From positions 74,834,001-74,898,000 of the forward strand of contig OX597817.1 in the NCBI GenBank assembly GCA_951406725.2: a stretch of 64,000 nt of DNA, read 5' to 3'. The DNA comes from Octopus vulgaris. Lineage: Eukaryota. Below, piece after piece: positions 1 to 14,329 of the stretch. Both the position numbers and the translations under genes were made by a program. How positions within the stretch are numbered: position 1 is the first letter of the stretch; every line of letters begins with the position of its first letter. A model generated the notes under the pieces. It did not search any database, was not told the origin of the DNA, and was given only the letters and a program-made list of their open reading frames with translations.

Positions 1-689
1 TAACACTTTTGATACCAACCCATCTGAGACTGCCCCTGGTTCTTTGATATAAACTTCCTGTTTAAAATGGTTTAAATTAAAACCGTCCATCAAAATTCCC
101 TGTTAATTTATGTTTGGTTACTTTCCTAAGTTCTTCAATATTGTCAAAATTATTTGAAACAAAAAACTGTGTTTATCAACAGAAAGTTTAATCAATAGTA
201 GAAATTTTTAGCATTTTTTTTTTAAGTGTTGAACATTGTTTTATTCAGTGCATTTCTCAAGTATACAAAACAATCCCAGTTGTAGGATTTAAGGATAGTA
301 GTTCAATACCTTAACTACTTAACTATGATGCTATGATTTAACTACTTTATGTAGTGAAATGTATTTGCAAAATCAATGGTGTTTAGCTTTTGTGTTATCT
401 CCGGTTTATAATGATTGCAGTAATAATTAGGGAAAAATTCTTGCTATAATTGTTTTTAATGACTCTGTGTCATTGTCTTTGTTTAGCCTCATGTTATCTC
501 TGATTGAGCAAAATTATGATTTAAGTTGTTCCAACTACATTCATCCCACCTTTTTTTCAAGTATAGTGTTATCTGGGACCACATTATCTTATGTGTGTTT
601 TATTTTCTTGTTTTTTGTTAAGATGGTGAAGTATGATGACTTTGTGTTTTAAGTATTGGCATTCTTTTAACTCAAGAGAAGCATAGGCA

Positions 690-767
690 ACTTTCCAGGT
701 GAACTGCTAAGTACTTTCCAGGTGAACTGCTAAGTACTTTCCAGGTGAACTGCTAAGTACTTTCCAG
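690..767 (+). repeat. Perfect 23-bp tandem repeat x3.3 (ctttccaggtgaactgctaagta)
   Basis: Units start at 691, 714 and 737, with a partial unit at 760. Confidence 0.95.
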
Positions 768-1935
768 AGACATAGCTAAAGAGAAGTAAAGCTTTTTGTT
801 TGTTTATTTATTTATTTTATTACTCACCTGACCCAAAAGAATTGTTACAATACCTGCAATCAATTAATCAATTACTAAGCACATGAAATCAGGAGTTGGG
901 AGTCCTGACTGCAATCTGTAAAATAAATGAGAATAAATTAAGCTAGGAGTGTTTTTAGCTTTTTTTTTTAATTTGCCAGATATTATTTACATAGGACATG
1001 GGAAACAATGACTAGTTACTCCCCTTTTATATACCCTTCCTCTTTTATATTTCTTTCATTGAGACAGGGGGAAATGAATTGCAAAGATTTTTGATTACCT
1101 ACTGTTGGTGCAACTTCATATCAAGCATTTTTTATTTGGTATATTTTTAGCAGAATTTTATTATTCTAAATTGATGTAGTCATTAGAAATAGACTGATCA
1201 TTTATTCATACATACTGTTGTTGAGGGAACGTCAAGCATTTAACTCTATTGCAGAAGTGCCTAATGATAAATAGAATTTGAGAGTATCTGTTGGTTATTA
1301 AATTTAATTGCCAATTTTATAGCTGAATTTTTATGAGATGATAGCATATCGTCATCATCATCTTGTCTAGATTTCCATGCCTGCATGGGTCAGGTGGAAT
1401 TTATATAGTCAGATCGTCTTCCTTCATTAACCCTTTCTTGCTTCCAAACAAGCTAATATCTCCCCATGACCAGACATGTTTTCGCTGAAGACAGGAAACA
1501 AACAATGTCACTTGTATGATTATGATGCTCATTTACAACCATCACATCATGCCAAGACAAAGGCGCGCACACACACACACACACACATGCACGCGCGCAC
1601 GTACATCTATAAAACCCAGTCACAAGAATTTGGTTGGCCCAGGTTTATAGTAGAATACACTTTTGCCCAAGATGTTACTCTGTGGGACTGAACCCAAGGT
1701 CACTTGATTGAAAAGCAAGCTTCTTAACCACACAGCCATGCCAGCATCTATTTTTAACAATATTTAACAATTCATTCTTTGATTATTAGCATTTGCATTT
1801 TGAATCTTGGCATTTTTTCTTTTTATCTTTTGTTTATAATGGGAAATATTAGTGCATTTAATTTGATACATCTGGAGATGTAAAGACATTCAGATCACAA
1901 ATTTGGTTGGTTCTATATATATGTATATTTATATG

Positions 1936-1977
<42 letters not shown>

Positions 1978-3486
1978 CTCATTTATTTGCAAGGAATGTA
2001 CATTGATTGGTTCATTAGCCACAAAGTCTCAAGCAAGATGTTGTCCAGGACATAGCAACTGTAGTGGAATATAAGCTATTTAAGTCATGAAATTCAGCAC
2101 TCTGATTCCTTACTTCATTACAGCTAGTGTGTGTGTGTGTATTTCTGTGAACATAATTAATAAAACCAAGACTTACCAATTAAAACTAAGGAAGAAGCAT
2201 ATTATGCCATTGTTAAATTTAGTCAGTATTTCATTTTTTGTTTTTATTATGCTTCATAGACCAGCTGTAAAGAGAATAATCTGAAAAGCTGATTAATTTT
2301 ATGTGCTTTCATTTATTTGTTGATCAGCAGAGAATGGGGGCTGTGCCATTGATAGCATGTTATAGGTTATTTATTCATTCATTCATTCATTCATTCATTC
2401 ATTCATTTATTTATTTTAGAATTTGGTTTTTTTTATTGTTACTGTGTTTGTGTTTAGCACTAACTAGGTTAGCCTTAACTGAGCTGACCTGTAATCAAAG
2501 CCATAAGCATCATACCCATCCCTTTTAAAACTTTTTTTCTGGTATAGTGTACCATGTGATGGTGCATGGCTTTGTGGTTTGGGTGTTGCATCCATGGTCA
2601 TAAGATTATAGGTTCAATTTCCAGACTAGGTGATGCATTGAGAACTAGACCAAAACACTTCATTTCATGTTGCTCCAGTCTACTCAGCTATGAAAATGGG
2701 TCCCAGCAATAGCCTGAAAGTGAATCCTGCTATGGACCAATGTCCCATTCAGGAAGGGTCAGTGTTGAAATCTCAGTCATTTATATAGTATAAAAACTAG
2801 GTTGAACTCCAGTCTTACGAGTCCTTGGACTCATGACAGACTTATGGCTGAGTCAGGTCTGTAATGTACTTTAGACTCCATCACCCATTGTGTCCTGTGT
2901 GATTTGAGGGAAATCTAGCTGCTATTTCTAGCAGGTTGTGTAACCACATAAAGGCACCTTCAAGCTTTTGTGACAGTGATGAGTTAGAATACATTTCCAT
3001 CTGATAGCAAATAATGAATAGTTGTTTCAGTTTGTGTATCAATCTTAGGTGAGAGAGACCAAAGATTGCTTTCACAGTAAAACAAAATGAAGTGAAGTGT
3101 GAAATCTTATCTTCTATATTGTATTAAATTTCACCTCCCTGCTCCGGAATCTGACATTTTGCCAACTTGGTAGAGTTTTATTTTGTTCTTCATTGGTTAC
3201 CAATAAAGAATATTCACTTAAATCATTCACTGTTCTCTTTTTCTTCTTCTCTCTCCCCATCTCTCCATTAAGACACAGTTGCAATGTCTTTAAAATTCTA
3301 GTGGTTCATATATCTCTATATAATATAATATTAACCGATATAAATGCTGGTTGGTTGGTTGGTTGGTTGAGTTCTACTGTCACACTTTATTATAGAGAGA
3401 GGGGGGAGTTAACATGTGTAGGCTGAATGATTATACTAGGCTTGATGGCAGGCGATGAATAATGGAACACTACACATGCATGCATG

Positions 3487-3522
<36 letters not shown>

Positions 3523-5803
3523 AAGAAGCATAGGGACAAAGAAGAGGAGAAAGAGTAACAGAGTTGTTATGGGAGAAGTTACATAAATAAGAAATTTGTT
3601 TTATTTAATTTTATTTTAGAGTAATAAACATTTTCTTTTGAAAATTGGTATTTTGTTATTTTCTATAAGCACTAAAAAATTTGATAAAAACCAAATCATA
3701 AATTATGGTAATTCATTATATGTGGCAGAAGTAGTATTAGATTAAAGCAAGAATCTGTATATCATATTTAAAGCAGATACATCATTGAAAGCTTAATTAA
3801 ATATGGTGTTCACCTTGGGATAGACAAATGCAACAGTTATTTAAGCTTTAAGTATGGTACATATGTTGCTATTATAATTATGGCTTGTATGCCATATTTC
3901 TTAATATTACATACAGTGGCAAAAGTATACTTCCAAAGTTACCCACCATATGATGGGTATAATTCTAGTATTTCAATATTCCTTTCAAATAATTTTCCAT
4001 TTATAGGATTTGTATGAAAAATCTTTATAAAAACTTTTTACTCTAAATAATAAACAGATCTAATTCTTTGACTACTGTGTAACTTATTTCTGTTCAGGTT
4101 TACTGGCAGTTAACTTTTAATTTTAATTAATAGTAATATGGCATCTATAAATGTTCTTAATTGAAATATCTTTGCATGCATACTTGCCTACTTGTAATTA
4201 AATTGCTCTCTGCATACAAATAACAGGTCAACAACTCTTGCAAATTTAATTGTTAGCACAGTCATGTTACACTATGCTATATGCAGATTCAGGAATCAGA
4301 ATATTCGGTAATCAGAATTCTTAATGTAACAGCAACAACAAGCCTATATTTTCAACTACAACTCTCGATACTGTTTTATTAATTAATGATTTGTTAATCA
4401 TAAAAAACACCAAGGACAATGTTGTATTTCAAGATTTAATTCCTATATTTTCTTTTGTTTCTTTGTTGATGTTAATGGATTACAATTCAGAGTGGAGTAG
4501 GGGCATGAGATCATCCAGTACTGAAACAATTTGGCAGGTGTGAGACACATGTATTATAATTATAGAATGTTTAAGGTAGTCTGTACACTGAAGTTTACAG
4601 ATACTTAAATTGTGTGTGTTTATGCGCACGCGAGCACACACACACACACGCAAAACTTTGATAAACAGCTTTGATTTATATACATAGAAGCATTGCTACA
4701 AGAAGCTAAGCCTATGATGTTAACTCTATTAGAATATGATGCTTTGGTGGTTATAGTTAGTCAACATTACTCCATAAGGAGCATAGGGCCATATTCCCAG
4801 TTTCTCGGGTGTATATATTTCTCCCCTGATGGGATGCTTGGTTCATTGCAGAATTTCTCATTTTTACACAACACATTGCCTAGTCCAGGAGTTAAAAACA
4901 ATCTTACCATGAGTCCAAAACCCTAACCACTAGACCATGCACCTCCATATGAGACTTTTGTAATCATTGTGATTTATTTTTCCCTTGGATTAAACTTACA
5001 CAGATAAATCTTTTTAATGGAGTCAATGAGAAATCCTTTAGGCACCTTCTCAGCATGCTAGAAGTAGCAACCAGATTTCCATTAAATTGCATGCCCATTA
5101 CTTAACATAATTTTAGTTATGTATGGGATATGGAAAAAAAAATGTGATAAAACAGTCATATCTGAAATATTCATGAAAAGTCTGCTTCAGCAGATCTGAA
5201 CTAGGGCTAAATGACAACAACAACAAAAGCAACAACAATTTCTTTTCTATTAATTATTATTGATAAATGATCATATATGTATTTTCAAGTTTATATTGTT
5301 CATGGCAAAGTAACTACAGTAAAATAAATGAAATGTTCTATTTCTGCTCCTTCCATTTTCCGTGTATGTCAGTCAGTTTAGAATAAATAGAAATCCTTTA
5401 AAGTAGCAAAAGAAAATGTTTTGTTCTCTAGAATTTTATTTGGAATTGCTTGTATGCAGAAAATATACCTTTTTGTTTTCTTGCATACCACTCCTTAGCA
5501 AACCTAATTCTTTGAAGGAAGGGATCTATCCAATATATTACCAGTAGTTATCTTATTGACTTTAGAAGGGAGTAAAGAAAGCAAAGCCTAACCCTGGTGA
5601 GAATTGAATGTAAAAATGTGAAGTATCAAACTAAATATCTTTGAGTATTATTAGTTACAGATGTTTGCCATATGCTCCCAATTCTTTTATTTCTTCTGTT
5701 ACAATGTTGAAAAGGAAATATTTCTACTTTTTTTTTCATATTCTTGATGACATAAGGCCAACTAAAATCTTAAGTGGATTTGGTACGCAGAAACTGAAAG
5801 AAG

Positions 5804-6211
5804 CTCATTGTGTGTGTGTGTGTGTGTGTGTGCATATAGATGTATATATGTGTACAGCTATTTATCCTGTGTGTGTGTGGTGTTAGGAAGGGCATCCAGC
5901 CATAGAAACCAAGTCAAAACAGACTATGGGGCCTGGTGTGGCTCCTGGACTTACCAGTTCCTGTCAAGCCATCCAACCCATGCTAGCATGGAAAACAGAT
6001 GTTAAATGATGATGATGGTGTGTGTGTATGCATTTATATGAGGGTGTGAGCATGTTTGTGTTTTCTTATCTTGACATCATGTGAACTGGTAAGTCCAGGA
6101 GCCACACCAGGCCCCATAGTCTGTTTTGACTTGGTTTCTATGACTGGATGCCCTTCCTAACACCACACACACAGAGAGGATAAATAGCTGTACACATATA
6201 TACATCTATAT

Positions 6212-6264
<53 letters not shown>

Positions 6265-6268
6265 TGAG
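5804..6268. repeat. Long inverted repeat (arms 5804-5960 and 6083-6268, 122-nt spacer)
   Basis: gaactggtaagtccaggagccacaccaggccccatagtctgttttgacttgg... is the reverse complement of the left arm, including unique sequence and the CA/TG tracts. Confidence 0.95.
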
Positions 6269-7881
6269 TGTCACTGGTATAACAGCAGTGTCACTCATTC
6301 TCAATATTTTGTGTAAACATGTCTAACCATGGGAAATATGACCTTGCTTGGAAATTAGTAAGGCTCAGTGGTAGAAGGGGCTGTAGAAAATCTGCTTCAG
6401 TAAATTCCATCTGACCCATGCAGGCATGGAAAGGTGGCCATTAAAACAATGATGGTAATGATTATAAGGAAGAGAGAGGGGGAGAGAGAGAGAGAGAGAA
6501 ACAAAGAAAGAAACCAACCTATACTATTACTGCGCTTTCAGTTTCTTTAACATGCAAATTATTTGTCAAAATGTTTACACACATTTGAACACACACACAT
6601 TCCTTTGTCTGCTTTCTGGCTCTCTAAATATTCGACCCTTTGCTTTTACTTTTTGGAATGCTTGAACAAATCAATAAACATCGTTAGTTCTCTGAAGCAA
6701 TTTTGCGTTGGCAGCTAGTGAAAAAAATTTTACTGATAAAAACATGAGCGTGGCATAAAATTGTAAGACATTGAACTTCAGAGAAGGTAGATGTGTTGGA
6801 GAGAAGTTCAGTTAGAATCTGTCACAGTGTTTTACTTCCAATGGTTTTTCATTAATAAAATTAAGCTGTTTTAGATATTGATATTCGACAAACTGATAAG
6901 GAAGTTTCACAACAGAGAAATATATCTTAAGAATCATGTTAAGAATTTTTTTTTTTGTTTCAAGGGAATTTTTTCTTCTTAAATTTTCAATGTTTTAAGT
7001 ATTTAATCCCTAATTAGGCTATTATCGAATTATCAAATTTCCTGCAACAGTCTTAGTAGTTATAGATTTTAGATATTTTACTAAATGATAAAAAGGTATC
7101 AAAATATAGACATATCTTCAAAATGATTACAAGTTTTTGTTTCAAGAGGATTTTTTCCTTTTTTTTTGTTTTAAATTAAACTTTCAGTGCTTTAAGTTTT
7201 TGTACCCATTTAATCTGTAATTAGCTTATCACATTTCCTACTACTATCTTGTATGGCCAAATAGTTAAGTTCGCTTTGCAATCATGCGATCTCAGATTTC
7301 AATTTCATTACAAGGCAGCTAGGACAAGTGTTTTTTAAAATTAAGAGAAAAATTTTCTTATAATTTTTGGCTTCAGTTAATCCAAGTGAGTGAACTTGAG
7401 TAGATGGAAACTATGCAAAAGACTATTGGATGGATTGTATCTGTAATTCACTGGTATAGCTTTGCCACATACATTTTCATACTGATTCTACCTTAAGATT
7501 ACTTCAAAGGTGAATGTGTCACTGGAATACTGACCCACTTAGCACAAATTCAAAGAAATATTATTATCAAGTTGGTTAAACAACTGATTCATCAAAATTG
7601 CACAGTACTAAATAGTATAAGAGAACCCCCAAAAAAGTCAGTGCATATTATAGATACTAAATAAAGCAAACATTGAAATATAATCAATGTTTATACACAC
7701 ACACACACACACGCACATACAAACACACATGACTGTGTGGTAAAAAGCTTGCTTCCCAACTACATGGTTCCAGGTTCAGTCCCACTGTGTGGCACTTTGG
7801 GCTAGTGTCTTTTACTATAGCCTCAGGCCAACCAAAACTTTCTGTGTGGATTTGGTAGATGGAAACTGAAAGAAGAGTGTC

Positions 7882-7921
<40 letters not shown>

Positions 7922-7925
<4 letters not shown>

Positions 7926-8429
7926 TCATCATCATCATCATCATTTAGCGTCCGTTTTCCATGCTAGCATGGGTTGGACGGTTCAACTGGGGTCTGGGGA
8001 GCCCGAAGGCTGCACCAGGCCAGTCAGATCTGGCAGTGTTTCTACAGCTGGATGCCCTTCCTAACGCCAACCACTCCGAGAGTGTAGTGGGTGATTTTAT
8101 GTGCCACCGACACAGGTGCCAGACGAGGCTGGCGAACGGCCACGCTCGGATGGTGTTTTTATGTGCCACCGACACAGGTGCCAGACGAGGCTGGCAGACG
8201 GCCACGCTCGGATGGTGTTTTTATGTGCCACCGACACAGGTGCCAGATGAGGCTGGCGGACGGCCACGATCGGATGGTGTTTGTTACGTCCCCAAAGCAC
8301 GGAGGCCAGTCTATGCGGTACTGGCTACGGCCACGTTCGGATGATTTTCTTGTGTGCCACCGGCACTGGTCCACAAAGATACAAATTCCATTGATGTTCA
8401 TCTATTTTGATTTGTTTTGATTTGATTTG

Positions 8430-8432
<3 letters not shown>
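7922..8432 (-). mobile_element. RTE LINE 3' UTR copy with ~60-bp tandem array, inserted in (TA)n
   Basis: Reverse complement matches 31630-32077: (ATC)n tail, conserved terminus and tgtgccaccgacacaggtgccagacgaggctggc units. Confidence 0.88.
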
Positions 8433-8465
<33 letters not shown>

Positions 8466-8509
8466 TGAGTCCCCCTTCGGTCATGACTGACCATGGGATT
8501 GCACCTAGA

Positions 8510-9332
8510 TAGATGGTGTGATGGGTAAAATTGTCGCCATTTTATATTTTTTGTATTTTGTGCATGCGCATTGTTAGTTTTTTACACAGTATAGTCGGGT
8601 CAGTTGGGCACCTTCTGTGAGAAAAGCAGTACCATGACGCAATTCACTCTGCCAGAAATTTGAAAGCGACATGCTGTACTGCTTGGCATTTGTGCTGGAA
8701 GCTCCAATACAAACGTTTCAGAGTGTTTAGCTGAGGACAGTGCAAAGGATTCAGAAAGAGTTGGATGAGTCTAATGATGATTACAAAGGTACAGCAGCTC
8801 GGAAAACTCATTCTGATAAGAAAAGAAGTCCTGAATTTGTTGGTGAGATCCAGGCCATGATTGACAATGATTCCTCCAAGTCAATCAGATCCATTGCCAG
8901 GGACATGAGAGTGTCTGAGTTTCTTATCAGGCAGGTAGTGCATGAAGACATTCAATATTCCTCATACAAGATGAGAAAGGGCCAGTTTTTATCTCAAGCC
9001 ATTAAGGACAACATCTGGCCACCTAACTCCCCCAATTGCAACCCCCTTGATTATTATATGTAGGGTGAGAGACCAACAAAACTCCTTGTAATACCAAAGA
9101 TGATCTGAAGGCAAGGATTATAGCAGCAATTACCAACTTAAACAAGGAGACCATCCAGATGAGCTGCAGGAGATTCCAAACTGTCTGGAGGCTGTGGTTG
9201 AAAACAATGACAATTTTATTGAATAGATTTACTCTTTAGTATTTCAAGATATTTTTGTGTAATTTTGATAATCTGTTAAAATGAGATGTCTGTGTTGTTT
9301 TCATTTTTGCGTAATTTATTCACTGCACCCTG
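8510..9332 (+). mobile_element. Internally deleted maT/DD37D-like (IS630-Tc1-mariner) transposon
   Basis: Ends ggtgtgatgggtaaaattgtc and aatttattcactgcaccctg. ORF 8740-9063 has an HTH (SIRSIARDMRVSEFLIRQVV) fused directly to WPPNSPNCNPLDYY. Same family as 29570-32098. Confidence 0.85.
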
Positions 9333-11437
9333 TGTGTGTGCATGCACTTGGAGAGAAAGAGCGAGAGAGATCTACTAAATTAAAATGTATTATTTAGGTG
9401 GACAGAATTAAGAAGGAGTTGCCCTGGAGATAAGATGTGCTGGAATAGCCACTCTATCTCATTTGGGCTTGCACTTGTGGATAGCCTCTCCACTCTGATA
9501 GCTGCAAGCAGGGATGTAGTTGAGTGGGGGGTGGGGCGCTGAATGTCAATGGTCCACTGTCAAAGGCTCAACCACAAGCCTGTCCAGGAGTAGCTGATAC
9601 TTTGACTGTTTGCTCTCTTTTTATGGTATTTCATTCTCTGAAAATAGTACATCGTATGATAGTATTATTTAGTACTATCTCACTAAGACCTGATATAAAT
9701 GTTATCAGTTGAGCAAATTTTAACATAAACCTGTGGATGTTATCAAATTGATGGTTTCTAGATACCATATTTATTAGAGTATAATGTGCACTTGTGTATA
9801 GTGTGCACCACTATTTTTAGGTATTGAAATACCAGAAGAATATACCTTGCCTTTTATATGCACTAGGTTTTCTTTAGGCTATAATCTTTGAGGAAAATGA
9901 TGTAATTAAAAATGAAATCAATAGTAATGGAAAATGTTAAAAAGAGAAAAAAAAAAACTGGCTTCTCTGAATTGCCAAAAGGAATAGATAAATGCTTCAA
10001 AATAAGTGAATCATATACCATTCTCTAACTCTCCTGTTTTTAATCTATTTATTTATCTATTGCTTTCAAAACAAGTCTTTGCATTAAGTTTTGAACGTCT
10101 GAATTTCTATGTTAAACATCATTTTATTATGTCATATGTATATGTAGATATATGTGTGTGTGTATGGCTGTTTTGATCTTGTTTTAACTTGTGTCAGTTC
10201 AACAGCCACACAACACCATTCATAAATTTCTTTTCGGAAAACTTCCAAATAAATAATTATATTTCAACTTTTTGAGTTAAGAAACGTCTTACTTTCAACA
10301 ATGCTAGCTTGATAATTTAACATTCATCATCACCGTCATTTAATGTCTGTGTTCCATGTTGGCAGGGGTTGAACAGTTTGATAATGTCCAATATATCCAA
10401 CCAAAGACTGCACTATGCTCCAATGTCTGATTTGGCATGGTTTCTACAATTGGATGTTTTCCTCACATCAACCACTTTACTGCATGTACTGTGTGCTTTT
10501 TTACGTGCCTCCAGCAGTAGCGAGGTCACCATGCAGCTACAAAGCCCAAAGGGGAAACTTTATATTAGGAGATGAGGGGTAAAAGTGTGAAAGAAAGGAC
10601 CAGAATAGAACAAGTTTCTTGCAGTAGAGGAGCTACATGACTACTCACATTTTAGAAGAGAGTGCGAGAGAGATTGGATGGAGCTGGAAAGAAATAAAAA
10701 CAGTGATGATGATGTATGAGGGTGGGCACTCAGGGTACAGTAGGGAAGAGATGGGGAATAAGTGAGGAGAGGAGAAGTAGGCAACCATTGTAAAGATTGG
10801 ATGGTGTGCCAGAGCAGATGTAGTGAAAGGTAAATGTGGTGTTCAGAAATGAACACACCTTTATGATACCTATTTCAAATCATTTATTCATGTCTTGTCA
10901 CAGGAGAATAAATGTTTCTGTGAGATTTTTTTAATAAAGATCTTCCAATTTTTTCTTTTATTTTATATATTTTTTCTTCTTCAAGATGGTCTTTAACTTT
11001 TTAGAGATTCTGTGTTAATAGATATTACCTCCTGTAATATCTATTTGGTTGTTTTGATCATGTCTTTTGGAATGATATACACCTCCATTTATAAATTTCC
11101 CTTTCAAAAATACTTTTCAAATATTTGTATTGTTATTTACCTTTCGTAAATTTATCACCATTACTGGTCTTGTCTGCAAAACTTCACCTCTTGCACGAAA
11201 AAAAATCAACACACATTAATACCCAGGTGGGGTTGGGGTTCTAGAAAATATGATTTTGATAATGATAAATATATATATATTTATTCAGTTTTCCTACAGA
11301 AATGTTATAATTAAGGATTTTTAAAAAACTCTCTTTTACTCTTTGCTTTTGTTTTTAAGAAAGATTGATTGGATTTATTTTGAACATCAGACATTTAAGA
11401 TCTAGAAATTTATTTTTAATTATGCAATGTATGTAGT

Positions 11438-11657
11438 TTAACTCTTTTGTTATGATATTTTTGTTGAAATACACTGCCTTTGATTCAATTAATTTGATAA
11501 AGATAATGAATTTAATAATGTAATTTTGTCATTATCAAACTGGTGTTTGGAACATAAATTAACATGAAAGTTTGATGGAAGCTTTTGATTTAGATCACTT
11601 TAAAACAGGAAGTTTATTCAGGGGTGGTTTTGGGCAGGTTGATATGAAAAGGGTTAA
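11438..11657. mobile_element. TTAA MITE family B (other copies 1-190 inverted, 19239-21161 split, ~24450-24555, ~26290-26440)
   Basis: Ends ttaactcttttgtta and tatgaaaagggttaa, with shared body gttgaaatacactgcc..caattaattt. Confidence 0.75.
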
Positions 11658-12899
11658 AGTCTAGAGAGCTGAGACAATTTTGTGTATGTAGGATTGCCTG
11701 TCTATCACAGTTTTTGCTCATAAGTAGATTTTTAGTGAAATGCTCTTAAATTTATACAATGGTGTCCATTGCTTACAATGTTACAGTTGAACTATTGCCA
11801 ACAACACAGTGCAGTGATTAATGTCAGGATGTGAACTGCTGACTTTTCAGTTGCTAGATGACACTCTTTTGACACAGCTTGTTTAGTAGCTCTGATCCTC
11901 TTAATATATGTATTAAAAAAAAGTATAGAAAAAGTGGTAATGAAATGAGAGTGAACAAATAAAAGTGAGACAACTGTTAGTTTAACTGAAGTTGGAATAA
12001 TATAATAGAATTTTGCCTGAACATCTATCCATTCTAGATGGAAGGAAAGGTCAATATATTTAATATTGTTTAATTAATGATCAGCCCGCTAGCATATTTA
12101 TGATAATTTTACTATAATTAAATAAAATCTAAAGGATCCTGGATTATAGGGTTGAAGTAGAAAGTTTCCAATAATCACAGAAACCATTATGTTGGACTGA
12201 ACAAAGTTATTCCTTAATCAAGAATCTGTGTGTTAATCAATTGTGCACCATCTATGTCTGTGTTAAATAGAACTTAGAGACTGTAGGAGCATCTATACAA
12301 GTCATTGTGTTTATCTCTAAATTGTTGCTGTACACAAACTGTAGTCAATGTTTCCTCTCCAAGAAAAGAGAAATTTCTAAATAGTTTATTTGGAGTTGGA
12401 GGAACAATACCCTTGATCTTTGCAGGAGTCTTCCAGACTCATGGAAATTATATGGCTATTGTTCAGTTTGAACTTCTGTAGGTGGATGTTTGTAAAGGGA
12501 AACATAGGTACACTGAGGTTGTAGTAGAATGCAATTTTGAGGAGGATGGTTTGAAGAAGACTTTAGTGTAGAGTTTGAGAATTAAGACATAGTAAAGATG
12601 ATGAGGCGAGTGAGGATGCATTAAGCTTTGGTAAAAGTGGTGTGCATCATGCTTATTTAGAGGATCCATAAGCCATTGTTGTAGACAGAGATCAAAGAAG
12701 CACCACGTATCTAAGCTAATGGACCTTCCACATCCAAAAAATTACAATCAGATATCTATTTTTGGATATGATCCAGGATGTTTGATGCTTATAACTGCAG
12801 CACTATCCTAAATATGTAAAGAACATGTTGGCCACAGACAAGGTCGACAACTGATCAGAACTAATTTTTTTTTCTGTCATGGAAGAATAAGCCAAATGT

Positions 12900-13900
12900 T
12901 TGGCATGTGCCTTTGGCAAAGTTATATGTGAAGACATGTGGATAGATCATGAGGTCTGGTATTTTTGGCAGCTTGTGTAGAGACTGTCATACACAACCAT
13001 TTATTTACTTCACATGTGTAACATGTCTGAGCTTTGTAACCTGCTGCTGTTGAAAGAGATTGTGTCATATTCCAATTGAAAAATATTTTTCAAGATCTTT
13101 GTTCATGAAACCGGTGCAAACCTGGTGTCACTTATTTAGGTTGTATGGAGATGATAGCTGTACAGGGAAGATTAAGGAAAAGTGAAGCAAGGCATTTTCT
13201 GTTTAGGAGGGTGTACAGTTGGAAGTAACAGTGAATAGTATAGGAGACATAAGCAAATCCCAAATAGAAAGCTCTATCAGTGCATGTTGACAATCTGAAA
13301 GTTGAGTGGAGTTCACTGGTGAGTGACTTAACATGAATATTCTGCTGCAAGACGGACAAGAGCAACAGCATTGCTTGCACAGATGTGTGATGTTAGGAAA
13401 GATCATTTTTATTAGACCTTGCTCTATGAAACTGTATTGGTGATCACTTGGACAGAAATATTCAATGATTTGTTGTTTTTATCAGTTTCAAGATATTAAA
13501 AGAGATGACAAGAGGTCAGTAGTTGGCTGGGTTAGAGAAGTTGATCTTTAGAATGGAATATATTATGTGTGACATGTATTTCTGTAGATTAGAATAGGTC
13601 TCCATAGTCAAAGAAGGATTGAAGAGTTAGTGGAATACAGAAGCTGGCTTTGGAATACACAATTTTTGGGTACTGGATGAACACCATAGCACTGAATGCT
13701 TTCTTTTCAGATTGGAAATTCTGAAGATTATTGCCTATAGCAACTGTGTACACAGTTGTGAAACAGGCTGAACAAGGAAGGATAGTTTGGGAAGAATTTT
13801 ATGTGTCTGTTGTAAACAAAAACGGCAGCAAAATTAGTATCTTTGTCTGCAGCAGTGCTATTTACAGAGCCATCTTGGCAGATGAATTGCGAGTAGGAAG
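12900..13900 (-). mobile_element. Highly decayed non-LTR (Jockey/CR1/I-like) RT relic
   Basis: Minus-strand fragments resemble RT motifs (HQYSF, SFLTS, LMSPILF). Boundaries are approximate. Confidence 0.35.
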
Positions 13901-14329
13901 ATTTCTTTATGAAAAGTAAAATTTAGAACAACAGTTCTCATTTGATTTTTTTTTTTCTGTATTTAATTTGGAAGAAATTAGTTCATTGGTAAAAATAAAA
14001 AATAAAAAGCTGTGGCAGATTATCAGATATATTAGTCAAGTAAGTTTATCCTGGAATTTTGGTGAATGCAAAAGTTAGTTTGGCTCTCACAATGTAATGA
14101 TTTGAAACATTGATAAGAAATTAATTAAATATGATTAGGATTTAAAATTTTTATCCAGAAAGAAATGTGATACTTGTGGTGGCAGCAGTGGTAATGGTGT
14201 ACCTAAAGTCATCTCTGATCAAACTGACTTTATGATTGAAGACGTCAACCATAACCATTCCATTTATTCACCCTTTCTCAGTATAATGTGTCTTAGACCA
14301 TATTATCCAGTGTCATTCCTTTTTTCTTT

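Noticed and set aside
5291-5320. gttcatggcaaag as the preceding RanBP9 exon (HGK...YYFEV...GRDG)
   Set aside because: The frame does not continue into the expected peptide. I did not find that exon, so it probably lies upstream of the window.
8095-8365. CRISPR-like repeat/spacer appearance of the GC-rich arrays (also 31690-31915, 53747-54265, 57995-58185)
   Set aside because: The spacers are homologous to each other, the arrays sit in LINE 3' UTRs of a eukaryote, and there are no cas genes.
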